In this document: positions 1-10,297 of the stretch, in pieces
Numbering within the stretch: the stretch's first letter is position 1
Layout: the number at the start of each line of letters is the position of its first letter
Assembly (NCBI GenBank): GCA_051453625.1
Contig: JBOZIK010000001.1
Coordinates: forward strand, 2,361,677-2,395,791
Reading direction: 5' to 3'
Length of the DNA: 34,115 nt
Source: Welwitschia mirabilis
Lineage: Eukaryota
Position numbers and translations under genes: made by a program
Notes under the pieces: generated by a model
What the model saw: only the letters and a program-made list of their open reading frames with translations
Databases searched by the model: none
Told to the model about the DNA's origin: nothing

Positions 1-255
1 CATGTGGATCAAGGGGGAAATTGTTGGGTACGTGGTCCCTAGACCCAGCCCGACAAGTGGGTAAATATTATGGGTTTCAATTTCCTTGGTATGATGATAA
101 AGGGCATAACAATTGGTATTGGAGCCATGGTTATTGGCTGGTCTTGGGTTGGAGTCTCCTTGGTGGCTTCCTGGTTCATGTGAGTACTTGACATGTGGAT
201 TGAGGGGGAGATTGTTGGGTATGCAGTCCTCATGCCCAGCCCAACAAGTGAGTAA
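1..255 (+). mobile_element. Tandem-array TRIM (internal end/PPT - LTR - PBS - internal - PPT - truncated LTR), 191-bp period, running off the left edge of the window
   Basis: PPT-like AAGGGGGAAA at 11-20; LTR TGTTGGG...ATAACA at 22-111; degenerate tRNA-iMet PBS TGGTATTGGAGC at 114-125; PPT GAGGGGGAG at 202-210; second LTR starts TGTTGGG at 213 and breaks at about 255. Colinear with the copy at 5553-5862. Confidence 0.9.
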
Positions 256-949
256 TGGTCACCGTTTAGGCAAATATATTTGCCTTAATGCTTGTAGCCT
301 CGTCCGAAAGGCAGAAAAATTTGATAAATCTCAGCCAACTTTTAGATATATATATGTATTATATATCTAAGCTAGTTATAAGTCTATGGTCTTATATTCG
401 AGTTTTATGAGTTTCTAGTTTCCTTATAGTACATGTGACATAAACTTCAATGTATATGGATCACAAGTAAGATATATCCATTTTGGTAACTAGCTCTTAG
501 AATAATAATGATTACCTTTAAACCTTCATATGACAAAGTGAATGAGTGTATATAGTTTCCTAGGTAACTTGTTAACTTCCTTTAAGAAAAAAATAATTAC
601 TTATGATGTTAATATAAAGTATTAATCAAAAGCTAAAATAAGTTTGTATTTATAGCTCAAACTTTAGGATTCCCAGGGAACGGGATCAAGTTAGCCCTTC
701 TAAATATGCACTAGCTTCCTTTAACCCTTTAAGAAAAATGTGGCAAAAGGTAAATCCTCTTAAAATGGAAAGGTTTTTATTGATGACTAGTAGAAAGTAT
801 CTTAGGCTTATAAAATAGTATCTTAGACTTATTAGAAAGTGTCTCAGACTTAAAACAACCTAAAATTAAAAGAATGCTTAGCTTGAAATTTTCTAATGAG
901 TTGCTCCAATTATATATATTAGCATCTGACGTACAAACGAGATGGCTTT

Positions 950-2010
950 TGTTTGTCTCAACCATTCTCACTACCTCTCATAAAGAATCATATGGTTAAA
1001 TGTTCAAATTTAATAAAGATTTTGTTTTGTTGATTAGTTTTCCCTTTTTACATATCTATTAGAGGGAATATATGATATAATCTAGTATTATATAACTCTT
1101 ATATTATAGATGGTATTCATTTTCTTTAGACTCTAACCTTGATACAAAATATTAGAGCATTTATGGATTTGGTAATGAAGAATACATGATGAAAGGAATT
1201 GTTTTATTTCAAGAACTCATCTTCACTAAGCATAGATTTTCTTTGCCTTTTTTTTATTTATTTATCCCAAATGACTACTTTTCTTAAACCAAAAAAAATG
1301 TAAATTATAAGAAAAAATAAAAGATAAAAACCACATCAAATTTTTGATCTTAGTACATTTCACTGCTCCACTGGAAATTTCATTTGCCCCTATCATTCTC
1401 TAGCTGTGTGGTTTCCAATGTCTATCTAGGATTAAGCCCTTGGATTCAATGGAGGACTTGAAAATCCACCTTAAGAAACTTTATGCCTAATAAATTCAAA
1501 TAATGCTTGCATCAATTATATTATAATGGCTATTGACAAAGAGTTATTCGATGCTTATTCCTCACATACCATTACATATCATTATTGTTGTTTCTCTGAG
1601 AAAACATTTTATTGGTTTAGTGATATATTGTTAAGTTTGTTGTAAACCTAATTGGTTGATTCCAATTGTTGAACTTAAAACATTTAGTAATTTAGTAATC
1701 ATGCCTCTCTCTATAAGTTTGTCAACAAATCATTTAGTTACACACAAGTCCTCATAGTATGCCAAGTAGTACATCTAAAGTTCTTAATCAAGGACCACTT
1801 AAATAGAGAGAAGTGTCTTACTAGTTGAATTACCATCCTATTGGAAAATAACATGCATTATTAGTTACATGCATTATTAGTTTTCTTTCTTTCCATTTTA
1901 AAAAGTATTATTAGATGTTGACATTTAAAACAATATTAATACCCATTAATCTTAACACATGAGAGGGTCCCTACACGATACATGAAAGATAAGATATCAA
2001 TTTTGTATAG
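950..2010 (+). mobile_element. Heavily decayed, internally deleted Ty3/gypsy pol remnant (RT, integrase Zn finger, GPY/F region, possible chromodomain)
   Basis: Manual translation across frameshifts: 'DGIHFL*...RAFMDLVM' at ~1110-1180 (cf. [24 protein letters not shown]); 'LRK.FYW..IVKFV' at ~1595-1645; 'QGPLK..VSY*L/ELPSYWKI' at ~1790-1850; 'NT*E' (cf. ATWE) at ~1955. Confidence 0.45.
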
Positions 2011-3889
2011 TATTTTCATTCATTTGGATTTCTATATTTTTGTTTTAATTTATGTTAGAGCTAAAAAACTTTATACTATATTTAACAGGATTAAAGGCAT
2101 AAATAGAATCACGATGATTGTTAGGGTATTGATTGATTAAAATGTTTTTGGTGCATGGAAAAGTTAAGATAGTAATAGCTAGGCAAAAAGAATATAAAGA
2201 TAAGGAACACTCTTACCAAACTAGTGATGAAGACACAAGTTGTTAGAGCAAGAAACATTTAAGGAGATTTTTCTAAAGTTCTTCATATAAAAAGATTCTA
2301 ATGATCTAACATAATTATTCTTCTAATTTTATTTTATCACTAGAGTTATCAAACTAATTTATTTATTTAAAATAATTTTCTATAATCAATGATTTAATTT
2401 ATTAATAATTACCTTGGTTATACTTTATATTAGAAATTACGAAAGATATAATTAATAATAGTTATGAATGTCTATAGAGNNNNNNNNNNNNNNNNNNNNN
2501 NNNNNNNNNNNNNNNNNNNNAAAAAAAAACGAAAGGGAAAAAAATTCTGAAGAGTCAACTAGTAAAGCCTTCTTATAAACATTGGAAAAAATACTAAAAA
2601 CGATGTGGCACATTGATCTATAACATAAAAGTCTTCATGCATTAAAGGATAACTACTGTTCATGATTTTATGGTTCTTAAAAACTTAATTAAAGCCTACA
2701 TCTTCATATCTTCCATCATACCAAAACCACCAAAAAAATAAATAAATAAAATTACTATAGTAGTTTTTGATAATATCCTACATGATTTCAGTTTTTCATT
2801 TTATTTTCATGTTTGTTTTTCACATTCTTTAAGTTTAATATCCATTCAATGATAAAGTAGTCTCATAAATTGAGTTTTAAGGACAGAGTTTATAAACTAT
2901 TTGGTTTATTTCTGATTTTAAATGCATCTATACTAAGGCTAATATATTATTGTCTGAACAATAACATATTAAGGGATTAAAGTGAAGGATGTTATAATTA
3001 ATTAGTTGAAACTAGGGTAACTATGATATTGTTAGAAACATAGATATTAAGGAATTCGAATGAATTTCATAAAATAAATAAATAGTTTATTTGAAAGACA
3101 ATGACCTAGATGTGATGTAGCTAATTTTCTCTTAAGTCTAAGCTAAAAATTCATTCTTCAGAAATAATATCATTAGCAATTCCTTACATTTATATTAAAC
3201 ATTCTTAAACATGTTAAAGTCATTATCAATTATTTAAGAATCTTTTCAGAATTGAAGTAGGATTATATCCTAGTTTGGTATACTTTTCAGAGTATTTAAT
3301 CTATATTTGTCTAATAGCTTTATTTTTTTAAAAAAATACAATATTTATTTTGATTGTCAAGAATCTTTCTATTACCTTGTAAGAAGTAGAAGTACTAGAT
3401 ATGAGTTAGTATTAGATTAATGTTAATATGATTTAAATTATTAAGGTTATTATAAATGATTGTAATAAGATTGATAATATTAAATTATGTTAGAAAGTCT
3501 CATGATTAAATTGACCTATTAGCATAATAGAGTTGAATATATCTAGTAAGATGAATTTAATTGTTAAAATGTCAAATGTTAAATTTGTTCAATAGAGTAT
3601 AGCCAATAATAATTTGATAGACTTAAAGTTAACAAGCTTACCTTATGGGTTAAGATAGCATGAACAAAGTCACGCTATTAAAAATTTATTACTATTGGGA
3701 TAATTTGGCATAGATAATGCTGACATTTTATTATGTTACTATAAGGTTAGTAGAATGAGGTATCAAATGATATGACATTATGAAATGATTACTCAAAGTT
3801 GGCCATTGGCTAAACTAAGTGTAAAGAATTAATGAGAGCTTGTTTATCAAAAACCTAAATTAAGACACTAGTTATATATGATCCATAAA

Positions 3890-4960
3890 TTTTTTTTTCA
3901 GTAAATTTTTAAGGCTTGGCACAAAATCAAACCCTTCCTTCATTGGCATCTGGTTAAACTCATTTACAATCAGTGAGCTACTCATTCTCCTTGGTGTTCT
4001 CTGGCCTTCTAAATAGCAAATAACTCTTTAGCTTCTCACTCTCTAGTTAGATTTCATAGATTGGCTAAAGCAGGGCTTCTTCATTTATATCAATTTGTTA
4101 CTCTTTAAGAAAATTATATCAAAATCAATTATTCTCATCTTAAAACCAAATAGAAGGCTCAAAAATTGGATCTTCCTATCATCAAGCTTATTGAAGAAGT
4201 GGTCTCTAAATTTAATTAGCATCATAGCAACCTGAATAGATGGGATGATTGATTTTGGCCTGATGGCAAAAATATTACTCAGATTTCTCTTTCTTCAACT
4301 CGCACTTGGTTCCAAGATTTTGATAGTCTCATAAAAAATATGAACTCCAAATGGTGTCTAAACTGGATGGAAGATAAATAAAAACAATTTTTCAAGGAAG
4401 TTTGGAGGATCCAAGCTCATCCTAAAACCAAACTTTTCTTTTGGTGTCTCATTCATCAAGGGATTCCTATGGCTCATCATCTTTAACTTTCAGGGGTAGC
4501 TCATCCTTTGTGTCCTCTATGTTAAGATCCAGAAATCTTTCAGCATACTTTTTGGGATTGCCACATTACCAGTCAAGTTTGGGATTTGATCAAAAGTATT
4601 GACAGACTAAGTACATCTCTTTAATATCCTAATTTTATTTTATTACAAGATTCTCCAAACAGCTTCTCCAAGTAGGGTTGGAATATCCTAATCCTAGAAT
4701 GTGTTCGCTTTATTTGGAAATATCGATGTCATGCTTGGTTTAATAAGGATCCCCTTTAAGACTTTTCCACAGTAATCAAATTTTTTATTCTCAAGGGAGT
4801 TCTTCTTCAATATGAAGTTTTAGGTCTCTGAGCTAATTATAAATTTCTAAAGCTCCAATATACTAAGTTCCTCTAAAAGGCTGTTGCCTTTTAGTTCCCA
4901 GTTTTCTTTAGTTTCCAAGTGCTAGTAACTGTCCCAGGGGGTGCGGTTACTTTCTATTAT
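3890..4960 (+). mobile_element. 5'-truncated L1-type LINE 3' end with RT-associated zinc-binding (zf-RVT) domain, pseudogenised
   Basis: 4400-4590 reads WRIQAHPKTKLFFWCLIHQGIPMAHHL*LSGVAHPLCPLC*DPEIFQHTFWDCHITSQVWD (CxxC..H...C with the flanking W pattern); upstream IFKAWHKIKPFLHW at ~3905-3947. Confidence 0.85.
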
Positions 4961-5023
4961 TTTTGGGCTCTATTAAAGTGTTCTATTTTGTCATGATATT
5001 TCTCTACCTTAACAACTCCGACA

Positions 5024-5076
5024 CCCCCCTCAACCCCCTGACCCCCCCCTCCCCATCACCACCCCCCACCCCATCC
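5024..5076 (-). repeat. C-rich low-complexity tract (G-rich, quadruplex-compatible, on the minus strand)
   Basis: Six runs of 4-8 C within ~55 bp in an otherwise very AT-rich region. Confidence 0.8.
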
Positions 5077-5552
5077 ACTAGAACATTTTAGGAAGGTAGC
5101 CAATCTGAGATGATGAATATCATGCACATATTAATCCTATTAGCTAATGAAAAATGTGCCTAGCCATTGTTCCTGGCATGGATAGGGGGTAGGACCTCCG
5201 TGTCTGATGTATTATTTTACTTTCAATTTTGTATACATGATACATTATCCTCTTAATTCTCACCATGTATTTCTCTTTGTGTTTTAAGGGATTTAAAATA
5301 TCTATTTCAAAAGATTTGTAGAGATGAAAATCCAAGCATTTAGGGATGAATAGCCTATTAGGAGATGAGATCAGTGTGGTAGTAAATAGTGGCTTTTTTA
5401 AATTTATTAGGGCTTAAAGTAAAATCTGGGAGGAGAAAATCAGTTTTACTTTGAGATTTTTTAGGGAAAAGAGACAATTTTTGGTAGAAGGAAAAGTTCA
5501 ATTCCATTGAAAAATCCATTGAGAATTTGAATAAGGTAACCTTTCAATGAAT

Positions 5553-5862
5553 TGTTGGGTATGTAGTCCCCATGATGTAATGGATTCTAGTTTATTAGAT
5601 TCCACTAAAAGCCATGGCTTTTGGTGTGATGGTAAAGGGCCCAATAATTGGTATCAGAGTTAAGGTTATTGGTAGGTCTCAGGTTCGAGTCTCCCTAGTG
5701 ACTTCCTAGTTCATGTAAGTACTTGACATGTTGAGTGAGGGAGAGATTATTGGATATGTAGTTCTCATGCCCAGCCCGACAAGTGAGTAAATGTAATGGA
5801 TTCCAGTTTATTAGATTCCACTAAAATTCATGGCTTTTGGTGTGATGATAAAGGGCCCAACA
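5553..5862 (+). mobile_element. Complete 310-bp TRIM with 5-bp target-site duplication TGAAT
   Basis: TSD TGAAT at 5548-5552 and 5863-5867; 5' LTR 5553-5646 (TGTTGGG...CCCAATA); PBS 5649-5659; PPT GAGGGAGAG 5737-5745; 3' LTR 5748-5862 (TATTGG...CCCAACA); terminal inverted repeat TGTTGGG/CCCAACA; no coding capacity. Confidence 0.95.
5649..5659 (+). promoter_or_regulatory. Primer-binding site complementary to the tRNA-iMet 3' end
   Basis: TGGTATCAGAG 2 nt after the LTR end. Confidence 0.9.
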
Positions 5863-5869
5863 TGAATCC

Positions 5870-6900
5870 ACATGAATTTCCTTTTAGATTCAAAACTTAA
5901 AGCTCTGTCTCCATCCCTTGTATTTTTCAAATTATTGAGATCATTTAAGTTTTTGATTATGAATGAAAGTGCAAATGAGAATGGAAGTAGTTTGCATGTC
6001 AAATTTTTTAATTTATAGACGCAGTGGCTAGACCGAGGTAAGATCAAAAAGCTATACATAGAGTAAGGGATCATTGTGTTCAAATGCATGTCTTTAGCAC
6101 TATAAAAGTCAGTGAAAGGTGGAATGGTGTGAATATCACAAAGTTGGTACGATTCACACAAATATGCAGTGCCAGGATAATCATCACTGAAGATGTCAGG
6201 ATACGAGGAAGAGCTTGGGCAAACATCATTTCCGCCTTGTCCGTAAACACTTTTTAATGATGGATACATAGGGTATGACTCACGTCTTTGATCACAGAGA
6301 TTTGAATCCTTTGCTTCATCACCCGAGCATTCCCCATAGAATGATATGCCCAAGGATCCTATTGGAAAAAATGACTTACAGTCAATGGTGAGGATGGTTA
6401 TAACATGATCAATGCATCTCTAAAGGTATTGAAGGCAAAAGAAGAAGAGACACTACAATGGTTGAAGCAGTTGCAGTCATAGGCATCCAAAAAATAGAAA
6501 GAAATGAAGAACATGCTGATCGATGAGATAAGGAAGCACATCTAGATGCATTATTGCTTCTATGAGAAGTTCATTTTCGAGTCCAATGATAAGATGCTTT
6601 GCAGAAAGAAAGTATTCCCAGAGTCATCACATCTTCATTTACAGAGAACAAGTATCCACTTATAAATCCATTCTTCTTTATAGATGATCTCATGGCTAGG
6701 GTATATGTAGGGTTTACAATATTTGGGCTATAAGAAACACAAAGTTCTCTCCAAAAATTATGTGCGTTATCATCGTCATCAATGAACATGAATATGCTAC
6801 GTTTTGGGAAGTGTATCACGAGATGTCAAAAACCATACTTGGCATTAACAAAAGTAGATAAATGTGTTAGGTGTGGCACAACCTTAGGGACTTGCCTAGT
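5870..6900. pseudogene. Unidentified coding-like island (decayed gene or TE fragment); strand uncertain
   Basis: Higher GC and about 14 retained CpGs versus CpG-poor flanks; minus ORFs of 180 and 82 aa; plus frames also look protein-like between stops. No family recognised with confidence. Confidence 0.3.
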
Positions 6901-7329
6901 TATTTTGCAAAAATTTTGTATCAAGTTATGATAATATAAGCCCTCATTTTTATTGGAACACTGTAGCATCACCTTTGTTATGGCTGTATTTGGCTTATCA
7001 TCACATCCAAGATAGAATCTCTCTCATTTTGGACATATGTAAATTAAAGGAAAGAGAAAAGAACAAAGAGATCCTTTCTCTAGTTCTCAAATGTTAATTT
7101 TCGTATTGCTTGTCATTTATTGGAAAGTATTATTTTCATTGAAAATATTTTTAACATTAGGGGGGCATAAAATTGCACATATTTATAGTAATGTTAAGAG
7201 TTTTTCTTTTTCTTCTTATTTGAAAGTAAAAAAATATTTTTTAATTTTAAAGCCCTTATTGTACTTTTTGAAAGAATATTATATGTTATGCCCCTTTGGC
7301 ATATTGGTTGTAAAGGTGACCTAAAATGT

Positions 7330-8140
7330 GAGCAAGGCATCTACATCCCTTTCAATTTACATTTATTATTCTTTGTGTATTGTGTGGACTAAAATTCGAA
7401 TAAGGCATAATATTCTAGTTATTTTAGTTGATGGTCCTATTCCACTCTAGAGGAGATAGAATGAAGTGAAGGGTAGAGGAGAAAACCCTTAGAACCATGT
7501 AAGTTGAGATATGGTCAATCCATCAAAAGAGGAGATGATGAGAAATCTTCTAAGTTATCCTTAAGAATTATTAAGAGTACATAACTAGCCTTGTAGTATC
7601 TTGAGATGAGTTTGTGAAATTTTGCAAGATGTGTGGCATGAAATTGAATAGTGCACACATCAACAGGGTGTATAACATGTTGTTGTTAATGGATTGATTA
7701 TTAGGATAATTTGACATAAGTAATGCCAACATTTTATTTTGCTAGTATAAGATCAGCAAAAGAACGTTTCAAATGATATGACATTATGAAATGGTTATTC
7801 AAAGTTAGCCATTGGCTAAACTAAGTGAAGAGAATTAATAAAAGCTTGTTTGTTAAAACCCTAAATTAAGACATTGATTATATATGATTCATAAATTATA
7901 GATCTAAGTCAAAACATTTTGGTGAGATAGCCAAATTAATATGAGGAATATCATGTATATATTGATCCTATTAGCATCCTATTAGCTAATGAAAAATAAG
8001 TCCAACCATTGTCCTTGGCATGACCAAGTTTTGGGGCCTTCATGTTTGATGTATCATCTTAGTTTTAATTTTTTATACATGATGCATTCTCCTCTTAATG
8101 TTCATCACATATTTTTATTTGCATCTTAAGGGATTTAAAA
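7330..8140 (-). mobile_element. Second, uninterrupted copy of the old LINE-like sequence
   Basis: 7700-7897 aligns to 3695-3890 and 7913-8140 aligns to 5082-5298 (e.g. CAAATGATATGACATTATGAAATG; CCTATTAGCTAATGAAAAAT; TTAAGGGATTTAAAA). The left boundary is a guess. Confidence 0.6.
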
Positions 8141-8429
8141 CCCTTCAGTTACAACATTAGTTATTTTACATTATATGATGCTTGTGCAAGTTATTAAATA
8201 AACAAAGTTTATGTTGTTAAATATATTTTTTTAAGGATTTCATATTTATTTTAAATATATAACACAAAATGCAAAATATAATGGATAAAATTCAAATCTA
8301 AAATGAATTATAACAACTATGTGATCAAAATTAAAACTTTTAGTGAGTGTGCCTTTACTCATAATTAAAACACTGCACTCACCTATATAAATGATTCAAT
8401 TATGCATAGCATCTCATAGTATGTTACAT

Positions 8430-8500
8430 AAGGAATCTAAAGATTTGAACTAATCACCTCTTAAGCCAAGAATTGAGTATTCGCCTAGCTAGACTACCAT
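8430..8500 (-). mobile_element. Possible decayed tRNA-derived SINE head
   Basis: Minus strand GGTAGTCTAGCTAGG (A-box-like) then AGTTCAAATCT (B-box-like, CpG decayed) at tRNA-like spacing. Confidence 0.3.
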
Positions 8501-9795
8501 CATATTTGCTGAGTAATAAGAACAATCATGTCAAAGAATAAACAACTAACCTTAACACTAAGTGCTTTGAGGAATTTCGAGCACTAAAGGTAAATAGCTT
8601 GATATCTTATAGTGCTTTAAGTTAAATGTACTTAAAATAAATTATTAGCTAAATTAATAAAAATCCCTAATATCATTACATTGATAAAAGTAAGCAAAAA
8701 ACATTAAATTACATTTAAAAAATTAACAAGCAAAAATATTTAATAAAAGAAAATAACAGAATTATATTTTATTAATTAAAATAACATGAATCTATTAAAA
8801 CCATCTCAATGTGATAAGACATAGTTGACATTACTTTAGTAAGGTATAATATGATTCTAAAATGAAAGATCTACATCTAAGATTACAACTAGGATTTTTG
8901 TCTTCTAGTTTAAGTGTTCATTTTTAGAGAAACACTTTAATAGGGTATGCTAACTGTATAAATTAGTGCACATGTTTAGTACATAGCATTTATCCTACAA
9001 AATAAAATAATAATTTTAAGGGGGTCTGCATGCCTATTAATGTGTGTATGTTAATGTGTCATATTCATGCATCATCACATAATGAGAAAGCTTAAAACGA
9101 TGAAATATGTGACATAAAAATTGTATAAAAGTATGTGATATTATTACATACTTGGCATGGTTTTTGTACAAAAATGACGAAGGGTTTAAATAATAGAATT
9201 CTAAAATTCACACATGGTTAAGTAGATTCTAGATTTTGCAAAAATATTCTCTAAATGAATGTGATTAACTTGTGACGCATATCGCATCACATCATTTATT
9301 TAAGTCTAAAGTTAGCAAGCCCCATTCAAAGGTAGAGTGCTTTGCTGATCTTTAAATTGGAAGAAGATAAACTAGTTGTTAACATGTTGGATACCTAAAT
9401 TTTGATGCTTAGTTCCACATCCTAATAGTAAGCTTTCCAATAGGTTTTAAGCATTCAACAAAGTTGTAAGCCTAGAAAACTTTTTAACAATAAGAAAACA
9501 TCAAATTTCACTGGCTTTCCTTAAGGAAGACATATTTGTTTAATAAAACATATTAAAGAGGTTCCTCAAAGTAAAATTTAAATTCTTTTTTTTTTTTTTT
9601 AATTTGTAACTATACCTTTTCTCCAAGATCAAAGTAAAACTCAGGTCTGGATATGGAAGAAATATTAAAATGAAAGAATATTTTGGCATTGACTTAGATT
9701 GAAAGCAAATTGAAAGAAACTGGAAGCAAATACTATGCACATAATAAGGTGGAGGAAAGAATGTGCTTATAAAAATGCATTGGAGTTGGTTAATA

Positions 9796-10297
9796 ACTAG
9801 CTTAAATGTATATAATATATATACATCTAATGTTTATCTAAGAAATACCAAAATATGTTGCCTTTTGGACAATGGTACAAGCATCAACCTAATTATATTT
9901 AGCCTCCACCCATTGGGATTGAAGTTAACCAGAATAAAAGTTAACTTTACCCATAGTCAACCTTAACTTTAATTGTAAAGTCAATGTTGATCATTTATAA
10001 AATTTCAGTGCCTCACTCTTAATTAAAATTTTCCTATTCTTTGCCATAATTTCCATAGAAAATTTTGGCCAAGAGTGAGGAATGTACTTTTTTTAAATGG
10101 TCAACATTGAACTTATAATTAAACTCAATGTTACCTATGGGCAAAGTCAACTTTCACTATCGTTAAAGTCAATCCCAATGTGAAGGCAAGATGTACTCAT
10201 GTTTGATGCTCATACCCTCATCCAAAANNNNNNNNNNTATTATATCTTTTAGCTAAATGTTAGATGTATATATAATATATACATTTAACTAGCTAGT
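9796..10297. mobile_element. Foldback / long-TIR MITE-like element (~240-bp arms, ~20-nt loop)
   Basis: The left arm matches the reverse complement of the right arm throughout, e.g. CATTGGGATTGA/TCAATCCCAATG, CCTCACTCTT/AAGAGTGAGG, TCAATGTTGATCATTTA/TAAATGGTCAACATTGA, TATATACATCTAA/TTAGATGTATATA. Confidence 0.85.

Larger units (their letters stand above)
2850..5500 (-). mobile_element. Old decayed LINE ORF2 (endonuclease-side region to early RT), interrupted at ~3890-5080 by a younger LINE fragment
   Basis: One minus frame reads KSIPN*DIILLQF*KDS*IIDNDFNMFKN at ~3200-3290 (cf. KAPGPDGIPxEFYKxxWxxIGxDF); IYVSNNIIV at ~3020-3050 (cf. RYISDNIL). 3695-3890 plus 5080-5298 align contiguously to 7700-8140. 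Confidence 0.5.

Noticed and set aside
295-322. GTCCGAAAGG..GAAA resembling hammerhead ribozyme stem II (retrozyme idea)
   Set aside because: The CUGANGA core is absent and stems I/III cannot be formed.
39-370. ORFs of 64 and 85 aa
   Set aside because: They lie over the non-coding TRIM array and are not conserved in the second copy.
1450-1480. Minus-strand FLKVDF as a LINE RT motif
   Set aside because: Not followed by KAYD/KAFD and no neighbouring RT motifs.
5553-5862. Cassandra (5S-bearing) TRIM or a true tRNA gene
   Set aside because: No 5S similarity seen in the LTRs; no acceptor stem or proper 7-nt anticodon arm with a full stem.
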